64,000 nucleotides of DNA from Candidatus Campbellbacteria bacterium (GCA_024653945.1 JANLIT010000003.1:98936-162935); one strand, 5' to 3'; shown: positions 26,802 through 37,326, counted from the first letter of the stretch. Translations and numbers: made by a program. Notes: generated by a model not told the origin, from the sequence alone.

Positions 26802-26825
26802 GGTATTGGGAAGCTCAAAATTCAA

Positions 26826-26897
26826 AGTCCAAAGCTCAAAAGTTTTTGAAGTTTAAAATTTTAGTTTTTTTTGGATTTTGTGCTTTGAGCTTTGTGT
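26826..26897 (-). other. groES-groEL intergenic inverted repeat (mRNA structure)
   Basis: Minus sense CAAAGCTCAAAG..CTTTTGAGCTTTGG complementary segments. Confidence 0.3.
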
Positions 26898-27236
26898 TTA
26901 TTTTATCACTGCTAATATAGAATCTTCTTTTAAAATAAAGTATTCAACACCGTCTATTTTAATCTCATCATATCCATATTTTGAAAATACAACCGTGTCG
27001 CCAACCTTTACCCGGACAGGTACTAGCTTTCCGTCACCATACCGCCCCGGACCAACGGCAATAATTTTTCCCTGCTCTGGTCGTTCTTTGTCAACGGTTT
27101 CTGGAATGATGATGCCCGAAGCGCGTTTTGTTCCATACTCATCTGTTGAGAGAGGTTTGAGAAGTACGCGGTCACCAAGAGGTATGACGCTTGATTTTTT
27201 TTCAGTTTTTTTACTTTGTTTTTTCTTCATATCCAA
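26898..27236 (-). CDS. groS: Co-chaperonin GroES
   Basis: VIPLGDRVLLKP...GKIIAVGPG; short Lys-rich N-terminal extension. Confidence 0.9.
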   Translation of the reverse strand: MDMKKKQSKKTEKKSSVIPLGDRVLLKPLSTDEYGTKRASGIIIPETVDKERPEQGKIIAVGPGRYGDGKLVPVRVKVGDTVVFSKYGYDEIKIDGVEYFILKEDSILAVIK

Positions 27237-27256
27237 AAACTATTAGGGGCTTATAA

Positions 27257-27263
27257 AGCGCCC
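27257..27263 (-). promoter_or_regulatory. Putative -10 (GTATACT) for the groES-groEL operon
   Basis: Minus sense AAAGCGTATACTACGG ~35 nt upstream of the groES ATG. Confidence 0.3.
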
Positions 27264-27301
27264 GTAGTATACGCTTTAAAAAGGTGTTGACACAAGGGTC
27301 A

Positions 27302-28987
27302 CTACCCTTTCTTGATATGAGTCATTGCGTATCCAAGTGTGCCGGTCGGCTGTCCAGCGCGCGTTGAAGGAACTTTTTTTCCGGGATTAAAAATTCCCTT
27401 TGGATCAAAGATTTTTTTGGTTTTTTCAAATAGTGCGTACATATCATCACCAAATTGTTGTTTAAGAAATGGTGTACGGATAATACCGTCATTATGTTCT
27501 CCTGTAATTGAACCTCCATAGGAAAGTACGAGGTCATACACACGACGAGACAGCTCGGGAATTATTGCACGCGCTTTTTCATTGGTAAGGTCCATAAGTG
27601 GAATGATGTGGAAATTGCCGTTACCAATATGACCAGCTATGTTGTGAATCATGTACTGCTTGTATTCCTCAAGAATGGCATATAGTTTCGGGAAAAAATC
27701 AGTCAGCACATCTGGTGGAACAACAATGTCGTCAATAAACGGCGCCGTTTTCATTCCTTGTACTTTGTGGCGCAATAAGTTAAAGCTCTCTCGGCGAATT
27801 AACCAATATTCGGCCATTTCTTTTGAACTACTCACTACTTCACTGTACCGTGGTGAAAGTGGTGAAATGTCGTGCACTAATTGTTGTGCCTGGGAAAGCA
27901 ATACCGATTCATCATCCCCATCAAAGGTTACTTGTAATACAAGCTTTGGAATACCGTGACAAATCATTGACCACCCCTCACCAAGAGAATTAAACAGCAG
28001 AATAAAAATATTTCGTACACCGAGGCGTTTTATAAACTCCCAGAAAAATCGCAATGCAAGTTTGAGCGTTTTATCGTCATACGACTCAAATGTTGTAGGT
28101 TTATGTGTAAGCGTCGTTGCCACATAGGTCCCAATAGTTTCAAGAGAGTCAAGGAACATAATGACCATGACTGAGTGCTTTGACGGGCGAATCAGCCGAA
28201 ATGTTGTTTCTGTAATAAGTCCTAGTGTTCCTTGAGACCCAACAAAAAGCTTTGAGAGATCAAATGTGTCATGTTCACGGTTGTACACATTCCAAAGGCA
28301 GTATCCTGCGGAGTTTTTTGACACTTTTGGACGCGCTTTTTGAATGATGTCTTGTGAACCAGTGACAAGCGCGTACATTTGTCTATAGATGTCACCTTCA
28401 AAATCTCTCTGAAGTAGTTTTTTTTGGAGTGCGTCATGAGAAAGTGGCGCTAGTGTGTATTCGTGCCCGTCAGAAAGAACAACTTTTACTTGCTCAACAT
28501 AGTTTTCAACTTTTCCATATCGCAATGTTAGTTCTCCCCCTGCGTTGTTCGCCGTCATACCACCAACCATACATAGTTCACGAGATGCTGGATACGACGG
28601 CATGAGAAAATTTCGTTTTAGTGTCTCTTTTTCAAAATCACGATAGAAAACTCCTGGTTGTACAGATACATGTCCCGTTGTTCCATCTGCATCCGCAGTA
28701 ATCGTCCCAATAGTTTTAAAGTATGTCCCAAAATCAACAACAACACCCTCTGAAAGTGCGCCACCATCCATACCAGTCCCCGCAGAACGCCCCGTCAATG
28801 TTGTTCCGTGAGTATCGGCATATGAAACAAGAGTACACACGTCCCGCACTGTGCGTGGCGATACTACTACTTGCGGTTGAACAGTAAAAAGAGACGTATC
28901 GGTACTATACGTCTGCAAGGTTTCATCATCCGTATGCACATCTCCTGAGAGTATACGTGCCAGTTCTCCATATAAACCTTCTGTCAT
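27302..28987 (-). CDS. FAD-linked oxidase (PCMH-type FAD-binding; GlcD/D-lactate dehydrogenase-like)
   Basis: FAD-binding domain motifs (RSAGTGMDGGAL, VVVDF); C-terminal cap domain; 561 aa. Confidence 0.7.
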   Translation of the reverse strand: MTEGLYGELARILSGDVHTDDETLQTYSTDTSLFTVQPQVVVSPRTVRDVCTLVSYADTHGTTLTGRSAGTGMDGGALSEGVVVDFGTYFKTIGTITADADGTTGHVSVQPGVFYRDFEKETLKRNFLMPSYPASRELCMVGGMTANNAGGELTLRYGKVENYVEQVKVVLSDGHEYTLAPLSHDALQKKLLQRDFEGDIYRQMYALVTGSQDIIQKARPKVSKNSAGYCLWNVYNREHDTFDLSKLFVGSQGTLGLITETTFRLIRPSKHSVMVIMFLDSLETIGTYVATTLTHKPTTFESYDDKTLKLALRFFWEFIKRLGVRNIFILLFNSLGEGWSMICHGIPKLVLQVTFDGDDESVLLSQAQQLVHDISPLSPRYSEVVSSSKEMAEYWLIRRESFNLLRHKVQGMKTAPFIDDIVVPPDVLTDFFPKLYAILEEYKQYMIHNIAGHIGNGNFHIIPLMDLTNEKARAIIPELSRRVYDLVLSYGGSITGEHNDGIIRTPFLKQQFGDDMYALFEKTKKIFDPKGIFNPGKKVPSTRAGQPTGTLGYAMTHIKKG

Positions 28988-29096
28988 ATATATAGAGAAC
29001 AGTGTACGTCAAGTATTCATAAAAAAACAGATATCTGTGTACACTTCACCTGCACACAATGATATGCTATAGTGGGTTTTCTAAAATAACGACACC

Positions 29097-29318
29097 ATGG
29101 CGACATTCATTCCCTTCATTCAAATTGGCCTCGCACTACTTTTAATTGTGTTTATACTTATACAGCAATCAGATGCTGGTCTAGGAAGTGCGTTTGGAAG
29201 TGATGACGGAGGCATGCGACGAACACGGCGCGGAGCGGAGAAAATGCTTTTTACAACAACTATTGTGATAACTGTGCTTTTTGTAGTTTCAGCCATCGTA
29301 GCACTGCTTCTTCAATAG
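29097..29318 (+). CDS. secG: Preprotein translocase subunit SecG
   Basis: LLIVFILIQQSDAGLGSAFGSDDGG...RTRRGAEKML. Confidence 0.85.
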   Translation: MATFIPFIQIGLALLLIVFILIQQSDAGLGSAFGSDDGGMRRTRRGAEKMLFTTTIVITVLFVVSAIVALLLQ

Positions 29319-29325
29319 ATATTTT

Positions 29326-31077
29326 TTGTCTCTCATTTCACCATACTTATCTCTATACGACATGGATCGAGAATTCCATATACCCGGAACGGGACACATT
29401 CATAGGGCTATATCGTCGTTTTCGTTTCTCGAAAAGGCGCTTGTTTCAGTTCTGTTTACCATTTTCATAGTAAGTGCGGTATGGATACTTGTGCGTGTCC
29501 ACAACAACATCACCGTTACTATTCCAGCACCAGGGGGAACGCTTTCTGAAGGCATTGTTGGCACACCACGATTCATTAACCCACTCCTCGCTCAAACTGA
29601 AGCGGATAAGGATTTAACAATTCTTGTGTATTCGGGACTTATGCGCGCACAAAGTGGCGGAGAACTTATTAAAGATCTTGCCGAGTCCTACTCTATCTCT
29701 GATGATGGAACGGAATATATATTTAGTATCCGCAAAGACGCACGTTTTCATGACGCGACTCCGCTGACCGCCTATGATGTAGTATTTACCGTCATGAGTG
29801 CTCAAGACCCCCGCATTCAAAGTCCAAAACAAAATATGTGGGAGGGAATTACAGTGGAAGCACTTGATGAGTATACCGTTCGTTTTACTCTCTCTAAGGG
29901 ATACGCTGGATTTCTTGGTAATACAACCCTAGGTATTCTTCCTCAACACATATGGGGGGAAGTTGCTGCTGAAGATTTTCACGGTTCTTCATACAATGTT
30001 CATCCTATTGGATCTGGACCATACGGCGTGGAAACTGTGGACATCAACAATGACGACTCTGTTCAGACATACACTCTTCGCTCTTTTGCGTACAACACTC
30101 TCGGTGCGCCGTACATTTCACGTCTCGTTATGCGCATTTTTGGAAATGAAAAAGATTTACTTGATGCATATGAGCAAGGAAAAATAGAAGCGTTCCATGG
30201 TATAGACGCCTTTGTTACACAGCGCGTTCTCAAAACAAACGACTCTCTCCTTCCGTACCCACTCCCTCGTACATTTGGCGTCTTTCTCAATCATAATAAG
30301 AAAGAAATTTTTACAAATGTTGCTGTACGTAAGGCGCTGTCGCATGCACTCGACAGACAAGAAATACTCAAAACAGTACTCGACGGTTTTGGAACTCCTT
30401 TATACGATCCATTACCACCGTACATTACCAACTCAATAGGTTCTTCAAAGACACACACTGTGGAAGAGGCGCGTGCCTTACTTGAGGCGGATGGATGGAA
30501 ACGAGATGCTGAGTCTGGTGTGTATATGAAAAAAGATACATCTTTGTCGTTTACCATCAAAACCGTCAATAGTCCTGAACTCAAACTTGTTGCTGAATTC
30601 ATACAAAGCCAGTGGAACGCTCTCGGCGCCTCTGTATCAGTTGAGCTGTTCGATCTCGGACAACTCGACCAAATGATTATCCAACCACGAGATTATGATG
30701 CACTTTTGTTCGGTCAAGCGTTGGGCCGAGACGCGGACCCATACCCATTCTGGCACTCTTCACAACGTAATGCTCCGGGACTCAATATTGCCCTCTATAC
30801 AAACGCAGATGTTGATGCTACACTTGATGAACTACGAGGAACCCTTGATGTAAAAGAGCGCTCTGCCTTATACACATCATTTCTTGATGAATGGCGTTCT
30901 GATGTCCCAGCTATCTTCGTCTATATTCCTGATTTTTTGTATGTTCTTCCTGAACACATCCGTGGTGTTACTTCCGGACCAGTACAAGAAGGGGCCGAGA
31001 GATTCTTGGATGTCAACACGTGGTATATAAACTCACAAAACGTATTTTCTTTTCTTATTACAGGAAACACCTATTAG
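29326..31077 (+). CDS. ABC-transporter family-5 substrate-binding protein (Opp/Dpp-like), membrane-anchored
   Basis: N-terminal transmembrane anchor; SBP_bac_5 pattern; no permease or ATPase partner nearby. Confidence 0.7.
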   Translation: MSLISPYLSLYDMDREFHIPGTGHIHRAISSFSFLEKALVSVLFTIFIVSAVWILVRVHNNITVTIPAPGGTLSEGIVGTPRFINPLLAQTEADKDLTILVYSGLMRAQSGGELIKDLAESYSISDDGTEYIFSIRKDARFHDATPLTAYDVVFTVMSAQDPRIQSPKQNMWEGITVEALDEYTVRFTLSKGYAGFLGNTTLGILPQHIWGEVAAEDFHGSSYNVHPIGSGPYGVETVDINNDDSVQTYTLRSFAYNTLGAPYISRLVMRIFGNEKDLLDAYEQGKIEAFHGIDAFVTQRVLKTNDSLLPYPLPRTFGVFLNHNKKEIFTNVAVRKALSHALDRQEILKTVLDGFGTPLYDPLPPYITNSIGSSKTHTVEEARALLEADGWKRDAESGVYMKKDTSLSFTIKTVNSPELKLVAEFIQSQWNALGASVSVELFDLGQLDQMIIQPRDYDALLFGQALGRDADPYPFWHSSQRNAPGLNIALYTNADVDATLDELRGTLDVKERSALYTSFLDEWRSDVPAIFVYIPDFLYVLPEHIRGVTSGPVQEGAERFLDVNTWYINSQNVFSFLITGNTY

Positions 31078-31112
31078 CATTTCATTAATCACAAAACTCA
31101 TAACATATTCGT

Positions 31113-33137
31113 ATGGAACGGCACCAAGGTCACAGACCTAGTCGGTCTCGCATTCGCGTCATGCATTCAACAACAACTGTTGGCGCATCAGCACCCCAGC
31201 AACGCGTGAGCACCGCACAAAAACAAAACCCAGCACAGCCACGACAACGTCGCGTGTACAGCCCGCTCATGAATACCGCACATCCCCAACACCCGCAACG
31301 AAGCGGAGTAGCTTTTACCTCTTCAACACAGAAAAAAAGCCCATCACCACACAAGAGACGTGAGAGCGGTCATGGAGGAGGACACCGTGGCCGAAAACCA
31401 ATGCAGACAAGAATTAACCGTCAGCCCGAGAACACCGAGAAAAAAGGTCCTGTTATTCCACCACCAGCACTTGGTGTATTGCGTGTTATTCCCCTCGGTG
31501 GTACAGAGGAAATTGGAAAGAATATGACTGTTTTAGAGTATGGTGATGAAATAATTGTTGTTGATGCTGGATTTCAATTTAGCGAGGCTGAAACTCCGGG
31601 TATTGATTTTATCCTTCCAGATGTCACCTATCTCAAAGAACGCCAAGAGAAGGTAAAGGCTCTTTTTATCACACATGGTCATTATGATCACATTGGCGCT
31701 ATTCCCTATCTCATTGAAGAGATGGGGAACCCGCCGATTTATTCACGTGAATTCGGCTCGCTCATCATTCAAAAACGGCAGGTTGAATTTCCTGATGTGC
31801 CACCGCTCACCATTCGCACCGTCCGCGGGACCGAGACCATCAAGATCGGCAATAATTTTTCCGTGAGTTTCTTCCCTATTTCACACACCATTCCCGACGC
31901 CATGGGATTACTTATTGATACCCCCGTCGGCACGGTAGCATTTGTTGAAGACGTACGCGTTGACCACGTTGACGGCGTACCAACGGAAAAAGAAAAGGAG
32001 CACTGGAAAGCATTCAAAGACAAAAACATTGTGCTCTTTACATTGGACTCCACAAGCGTTGAGAAACCGGGGTTCTCACTCCCTGAATCACACGCCATTC
32101 AAACAACCGACCAAATTATGAAGGAGGTCGCGGGTCGTCTTATCATTGGAACATTCGCATCAAACGTTGAACGAATCATTCAGTTTATTCAAATCGCGCA
32201 CAAGTACAACAAAATGATTGCCGTTGACGGTCGTTCTATGAAATCAAATGTTGAAATCGTAAAACAATTACAATTAGTAAAATTTGATAATGTCATTCCT
32301 ATAGAAGAGATTGATAACTACCCTGCAAATAAAATTGTTATTCTCGCAACTGGAGCACAGGGTGAGGAGTACTCGGTCTTTGATCGTATTGCGAACAAAA
32401 CGCACAAGTACATCACACTCTCTCGTGCGGATACCGTCGTATTTTCATCATCGGTCATTCCGGGAAATGAAAACTCCATCACAAAACTCAAAGACAATCT
32501 CTATCGCCAGGAAGCGCGTATCATTACGTATCAAGATTCCGCAGTGCACGCATCAGGACACGGCAACCGCGATGAACTCGGCTGGATTCACCAACAAATT
32601 AAGTACAAATTCTTTATACCACTTCACGGACACCACTATATGCTCCGTATTCATGCGGAACTCGCTGAAAGTCTGGGTACACCGAGAGAAAACATTGTCA
32701 TACCGGATAACGGGTCAATTATTGAAATCAGTGAAAATGGAACAAAAATTGACGTCCGAAAAGAGAAAGCGCCGTCTGGTGCAATTATGGTTGATGGATT
32801 TTCTGTCGGAGAACACCAAAAGGTGGTTATTCGTGATAGACAAACACTTGCTGAAGATGGTATTTTTGTCATCGTTGTTTCAGTCAATCCGCGCACAGGA
32901 AAACTTCGTAAATCTCCCGATATTATTTCCCGTGGATTTGTGTACCTCAAAGAACAACAAGAACTTATCTCTGGCGCACGAACCCTTGTAACTAAAACGG
33001 TTGAGAAAACAACGCATGGTATGCAACCCATCAACTTTGATATTGTTAAAACTGTTTTAACCGATGACGTGCGACGATTTCTCTTCCAAAAAACAGGTAA
33101 ATCACCTATAGTTATTCCTGTAGTTATTGGAGTCTAA
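31113..33137 (+). CDS. rnj: Ribonuclease J (metallo-beta-lactamase/beta-CASP) with ~120-aa basic low-complexity N-terminal extension
   Basis: VIPLGGTEEIGKNMTVLEY; HGHYDHIGAIPYL; beta-CASP and C-terminal domain; the N-terminal His/Gln/Pro/Arg-rich extension is GC-rich and could reflect a mis-set start (alternative start near MQTRINRQ). Confidence 0.85.
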   Translation: MERHQGHRPSRSRIRVMHSTTTVGASAPQQRVSTAQKQNPAQPRQRRVYSPLMNTAHPQHPQRSGVAFTSSTQKKSPSPHKRRESGHGGGHRGRKPMQTRINRQPENTEKKGPVIPPPALGVLRVIPLGGTEEIGKNMTVLEYGDEIIVVDAGFQFSEAETPGIDFILPDVTYLKERQEKVKALFITHGHYDHIGAIPYLIEEMGNPPIYSREFGSLIIQKRQVEFPDVPPLTIRTVRGTETIKIGNNFSVSFFPISHTIPDAMGLLIDTPVGTVAFVEDVRVDHVDGVPTEKEKEHWKAFKDKNIVLFTLDSTSVEKPGFSLPESHAIQTTDQIMKEVAGRLIIGTFASNVERIIQFIQIAHKYNKMIAVDGRSMKSNVEIVKQLQLVKFDNVIPIEEIDNYPANKIVILATGAQGEEYSVFDRIANKTHKYITLSRADTVVFSSSVIPGNENSITKLKDNLYRQEARIITYQDSAVHASGHGNRDELGWIHQQIKYKFFIPLHGHHYMLRIHAELAESLGTPRENIVIPDNGSIIEISENGTKIDVRKEKAPSGAIMVDGFSVGEHQKVVIRDRQTLAEDGIFVIVVSVNPRTGKLRKSPDIISRGFVYLKEQQELISGARTLVTKTVEKTTHGMQPINFDIVKTVLTDDVRRFLFQKTGKSPIVIPVVIGV

Positions 33138-33149
33138 TACACACCGTCA

Positions 33150-34307
33150 ATGAAACGCCAGACACTCTTGAAGAACACCTACCTCTTCACTTTTTTTCTT
33201 GGACTCCACGGGTTTCTCTTCTTGTACATCAATTCAAGTATTCTTGAGCAATTTGTTTCTCAAAAACAAGTTGGTTTGTTGTTTGCCTTAGGTTCTCTCC
33301 TCACCATTCCCGTACTCCTTTTCCTTCCGCACGTACTGAAAAAATTTGGAGATGTACGGATTACCCTTGCGACACTCGCTCTTGAAGGTGCGGCTCTTTT
33401 TTATTTTGTCAGTAGCACAAACATTTTTGTGGTTGTGGGTGCTTTTTTTGCACACACCATTCTTTTACGTATTCTACTACTTGACGCTGACGTGTTGATT
33501 GAGAGTGCTTCGCATGATGCAACAACGGGGAGCACCCGGGGGATTTTTTTAACTGTCATTAACACATCACTTGTTCTTTCTCCCCTTCTGGTCGGCTTTC
33601 TTTTACAAGACGGTAACGCATATATGCGCGTTTTTGTTATAGCACTATGTGCTATTATCTTTGCATTTTTTATACTCCTACACTCCTTTAAGCACTTCAC
33701 AGACCCCCACTACACCCACATCACTCTCGCACCAACACTACAAAAAATGTGGAAAACCCTGGCCCTTCGTCGGATATTTATATTAAACATGGTACTTCGT
33801 ATGTTTTATGCGGTTATGGTGGTCTATGTGGGAATATATTTACACACAACACTTTCCCTACCATGGGGTAGCATCGGCATTATTTTTACCATTATGCTTA
33901 TCCCCTTTGTCCTTTTTGAGTTCCCTCTTGGCTACCTTGCAGATAAACATTTTGGTGAAAAGGAAATGCTTATTGTCGGCCTTATTATCACCGGCACTGC
34001 AACAGCGCTACTTCCCTGGATAACAACCATCAGTATTGTCGTCTGGAGTGTGGCTCTTCTTGTGACACGAATAGGGGCAAGTACTGTGGAAATAATGACC
34101 GAAACATACTTTTTCAAGCATATTCAAGGGAAAGACCTTGAAATGATGAGTTTATATCGCATTGTTGAACCAGTTGCGTATGTAGTGGCTCCAATACTTG
34201 CCTCTGTGTTCCTACTCTTTTACGATATTCAATACATATTTCTTATGCTTGGTGTCGTGGTCCTTTGTGGTCTTATTCCAGCATTCTCACTTCAAGATAC
34301 AAAATAG
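33150..34307 (+). CDS. MFS transporter
   Basis: 12 transmembrane helices, MFS topology. Confidence 0.7.
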   Translation: MKRQTLLKNTYLFTFFLGLHGFLFLYINSSILEQFVSQKQVGLLFALGSLLTIPVLLFLPHVLKKFGDVRITLATLALEGAALFYFVSSTNIFVVVGAFFAHTILLRILLLDADVLIESASHDATTGSTRGIFLTVINTSLVLSPLLVGFLLQDGNAYMRVFVIALCAIIFAFFILLHSFKHFTDPHYTHITLAPTLQKMWKTLALRRIFILNMVLRMFYAVMVVYVGIYLHTTLSLPWGSIGIIFTIMLIPFVLFEFPLGYLADKHFGEKEMLIVGLIITGTATALLPWITTISIVVWSVALLVTRIGASTVEIMTETYFFKHIQGKDLEMMSLYRIVEPVAYVVAPILASVFLLFYDIQYIFLMLGVVVLCGLIPAFSLQDTK

Positions 34308-34343
34308 TTAGAGATTTTTGACAAGGTGCGTGGTGTGGTATAC

Positions 34344-34352
34344 TTTTAACCC
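34344..34352 (+). promoter_or_regulatory. Putative extended -10 (TGGTATACT) for the glutaredoxin gene
   Basis: GTGGTATACT ~25 nt upstream of the 34377 ATG. Confidence 0.3.
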
Positions 34353-34376
34353 TACTATTAAAAATCGACTATCCAT

Positions 34377-34655
34377 ATGGAGCAAACAAAAACTGTATCT
34401 ATTTATTCAACTCCAACGTGTCACTTTTGTCACATGGCAAAAGAGTTCTTCGGTGAAAAAGGAATTTTGTTTACAGATTACAATGTTGCCGAAGATGCAC
34501 AGAAACGTAGTGAAATGGTTACTAAAACTGGCCAGCTTGGAGTTCCTGTCATTTCTATTGTCAATCCATCTGTTCCTGAAGGAGAACAAGGTCATGAGGA
34601 ATTGGTTATTGGTTTTGACGAGGGCCATATTCGACAACTTCTCAACATTGCATAA
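34377..34655 (+). CDS. Glutaredoxin/NrdH-like redoxin
   Basis: CHFC active site (CxxC) in a thioredoxin fold. Confidence 0.8.
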   Translation: MEQTKTVSIYSTPTCHFCHMAKEFFGEKGILFTDYNVAEDAQKRSEMVTKTGQLGVPVISIVNPSVPEGEQGHEELVIGFDEGHIRQLLNIA

Positions 34656-34685
34656 TTAAGAGGTCGGACCTCTGTAAACAAAAAA

Positions 34686-34714
34686 TGGCTTAGTTGAGCC
34701 ATTTTTTGTATCTT
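34686..34714. terminator. Bidirectional rho-independent terminator
   Basis: AAAAAATGGCT-TAGTTG-AGCCATTTTTTG; T-tract on both strands; between convergent genes. Confidence 0.7.
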
Positions 34715-34730
34715 TGGTTTTGTTGTCTTT

Positions 34731-35126
34731 TTATTCTCCAACGGTACTGGACGCTGGCCCTTCTTCTGGGTTTTCAAAAACAACCGGTCCCACGTTAATA
34801 ATGACATCTTGTTGCGGATCAAAGAGAATGGCGCGTGAAATACTTGGATAAATAAGCAGCACGTCACCATTTTTTGCTCCTTGATAAAAAGGTTCATTCT
34901 GCAAAAGTGATGCGATGTCTGTCACTACTCCAATATTCGGTTTTTCTTCTGGAATCCGGATGTGTCTGCCTACCATTTGTATAATATTTTCCATATCTTT
35001 GGCAGATAAGGCTACTGCTGGATCATCCGAAGAAAGGTTTGTCGCGCCGTCATTCACTTTAAAAAAGAAAATGGTAATGAGAACAATGACGACAACAACA
35101 AGAAGTATGAATATTTTTTTTCTCAT
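34731..35126 (-). CDS. Hypothetical membrane-anchored protein
   Basis: N-terminal transmembrane anchor; 131 aa. Confidence 0.45.
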   Translation of the reverse strand: MRKKIFILLVVVVIVLITIFFFKVNDGATNLSSDDPAVALSAKDMENIIQMVGRHIRIPEEKPNIGVVTDIASLLQNEPFYQGAKNGDVLLIYPSISRAILFDPQQDVIINVGPVVFENPEEGPASSTVGE

Positions 35127-35135
35127 GTGGAACAG

Positions 35136-35411
35136 TTAACTAACAATTATTTTTTTAGGAAGCTTTCCTGTTTTTTTAATAGTATCAGTGGTGGACACCG
35201 TAACACTTATTACTCCCTCACGAGAATGTACTGTAGAGTTCTCTGTAGATGTAAAAACCTCTGCGTTTTTTGTTGGTATATTTTGAATGTTCCTCTTTGT
35301 ACGAGTACTGTGCCATCCAATTAAGCACCCAATCATCACTGACAGTGAAATGAGAGCAACCTTAACAATAAGGTGAATATCCGCTGTGTACAATAGTTCT
35401 TGTATATACAT
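35136..35411 (-). CDS. Hypothetical small membrane protein
   Basis: 91-aa ORF with a transmembrane segment. Confidence 0.3.
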   Translation of the reverse strand: MYIQELLYTADIHLIVKVALISLSVMIGCLIGWHSTRTKRNIQNIPTKNAEVFTSTENSTVHSREGVISVTVSTTDTIKKTGKLPKKIIVS

Positions 35412-35443
35412 ATGTAGATACAGTATATCAAACTGGTCTCATT

Positions 35444-36406
35444 CTAAAAAGAGGTGGCTGGTAATATTCTTGCAAGAGATTCTATCTTTCCTGAAAATAC
35501 GAGGGTTGGCAGACCTAAAAAACAGTTATGTTTGACATCTATTGCTGCACCACCAGAATTTCCTTTCTCTATCTTTGCAGAAGTCGTATAGTATTCCTCA
35601 TCAAATCCAGAAATAATACCCTCTGTTGCGGTCACAGACTCTTTTGCACCAATAACGGGATACCCAAGAATAAGAACGGTATCACCAATACTTGGTTTTT
35701 CTGCACACTGTTGTAAAGAAAGCATGGCAGGAAAACTTTCTTTGATATACCCATATCCAAAATCAATATCTTCCGAAACCACAACCTCTGAATCATCAAT
35801 AACAATTTCCACATCACCCTCCAGGGTTGAGAGCGTGCACTTTGTAAGACGAGCGGAATCCATCTGCAATACGTGTTTGTTGGTAATAAATCGTATGCCC
35901 GTTGACATTTGTTCAAGTACTGCGGAACCTTTAGAGGTTTGTGTCTCTCTAGTATCTATATTTTTGAAGGAACATGTCATACGGTATACAAACATCCCCC
36001 ACTGTGTCACCAAACCACTCACGTCTGTTGTTTCAACAATCTCCTTGATTTGTGTTCCTTGAACATCAAGATTTCCAGAAAGTGTTCCCAGCTTTTCTTG
36101 AAGAAGTATTTGTTCTTTTGCTCGATCTTCGTCGCCCTGTGCGACATTTGTACGAAGTAATTCAGCATCCCCAGTTAAAAATATAAGTCGCTCTTCGAGG
36201 GTGGCAACTCGTGAGGACACATTTGAAAGTTTTTCAGTGGTGGTGATAAGGGTGGGGCGCATCACATACATACCAACAAGAAACCCAATGCCCAACACAG
36301 TGACCGCAACCGCTGGCAAGATGATTTCTATAATATGTTTTTTTGTAACACGAAATCTCACAACAAGATTATTTAAAGATGACTGGAATTTCAAGCGCCG
36401 CATCAT
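35444..36406 (-). CDS. Membrane-anchored trypsin-like serine protease (coiled-coil plus S1-like domain)
   Basis: GNSGGAA serine motif; transmembrane anchor then coiled-coil; start uncertain (ORF extends to 36505, overlapping the upstream gene). Confidence 0.6.
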   Translation of the reverse strand: MMRRLKFQSSLNNLVVRFRVTKKHIIEIILPAVAVTVLGIGFLVGMYVMRPTLITTTEKLSNVSSRVATLEERLIFLTGDAELLRTNVAQGDEDRAKEQILLQEKLGTLSGNLDVQGTQIKEIVETTDVSGLVTQWGMFVYRMTCSFKNIDTRETQTSKGSAVLEQMSTGIRFITNKHVLQMDSARLTKCTLSTLEGDVEIVIDDSEVVVSEDIDFGYGYIKESFPAMLSLQQCAEKPSIGDTVLILGYPVIGAKESVTATEGIISGFDEEYYTTSAKIEKGNSGGAAIDVKHNCFLGLPTLVFSGKIESLARILPATSF

Positions 36407-36794
36407 TCTCAGAAAGTCCTGATGGATTATCTTTCTGTAAAATAAGCCAGCCGTTTTTTCCATAGACGGGCTTGATAAATTCCAGCGTGCCCGCAAACGG
36501 AACAAACTCCTCCGTCATCCACTCGCTTTGCGCGGTCGCAAAACCCTCGGCAATAATAAGTCCATCCCAATCTACCAACACCAGTGGAAATGACCCCTCA
36601 AAAAACCATGTTCCACGTGCCCGCCCAGAAACAATCAGTGGGGAGAAAACTTCTGTATTAATACGCGGAGATTGAACCTCAATCATATTAGGGATACTTG
36701 CAACAAGTGAACCACCCACACCCCTATCAAAAATAAACCAAGCAGCAAAGAGCGAGAAAAAGAGTATGATGCCAAAAAGAAGTACTTTTTTCAT
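36369..36794 (-). CDS. Gmad2/GerM-like immunoglobulin-like domain protein
   Basis: Signal anchor; conserved W..F..EGSFPL..LD..G pattern. Confidence 0.5.
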   Translation of the reverse strand: MKKVLLFGIILFFSLFAAWFIFDRGVGGSLVASIPNMIEVQSPRINTEVFSPLIVSGRARGTWFFEGSFPLVLVDWDGLIIAEGFATAQSEWMTEEFVPFAGTLEFIKPVYGKNGWLILQKDNPSGLSENDAALEIPVIFK

Positions 36795-36815
36795 ATAGTT
36801 ATATGGATTCTTACG

Positions 36816-37316
36816 TTATACGTTTAAAAACGACCCGACAGCAACACCGATGATAATAGCAAGGCCACCAATAAGTGCTACTGATAAACCTTTTTTAATG
36901 AGTGAAATCTTTGCATAGTGTCCGATAATTGCACCTACACCAAAAAGAAGAATGAGGGCGACGGTGACTGAAACCCAGAATGCTGAAGAAACTGGGAGAA
37001 GTCCGTATGGGGCAATCACAAATGCCCCAGCAACAATATATGAAAGAAACATAATGAATGCCCACGCACGCGACGCTGCGTATGGAAGTTCTTTATGTTC
37101 AGATACTTCAGCGACAGAATTTTCTGAGATAAGAGCGCCGACCCCCATAGAAAACCCTTCTACAAGAATAAGAATAAACCCAGAGACTAAAATTTCACGT
37201 CGTGGTAAACCAGCACTCACAATGCCGGAGATAAATCCAACCGTAGAAACAAGGCTGTCTTCAACTCCGAACACAAAGTTGCGAACGTTTTCTGAACTTT
37301 TAAAAAAATTGAACAT
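36816..37316 (-). CDS. VIT1/CCC1-family iron/manganese transporter
   Basis: FGVEDSLVSTVGFISGIV and C-terminal transmembrane helices; start set at Met10 of the ORF to avoid overlap. Confidence 0.65.
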   Translation of the reverse strand: MFNFFKSSENVRNFVFGVEDSLVSTVGFISGIVSAGLPRREILVSGFILILVEGFSMGVGALISENSVAEVSEHKELPYAASRAWAFIMFLSYIVAGAFVIAPYGLLPVSSAFWVSVTVALILLFGVGAIIGHYAKISLIKKGLSVALIGGLAIIIGVAVGSFLNV

Positions 37317-37326
37317 AAGGTATTGG

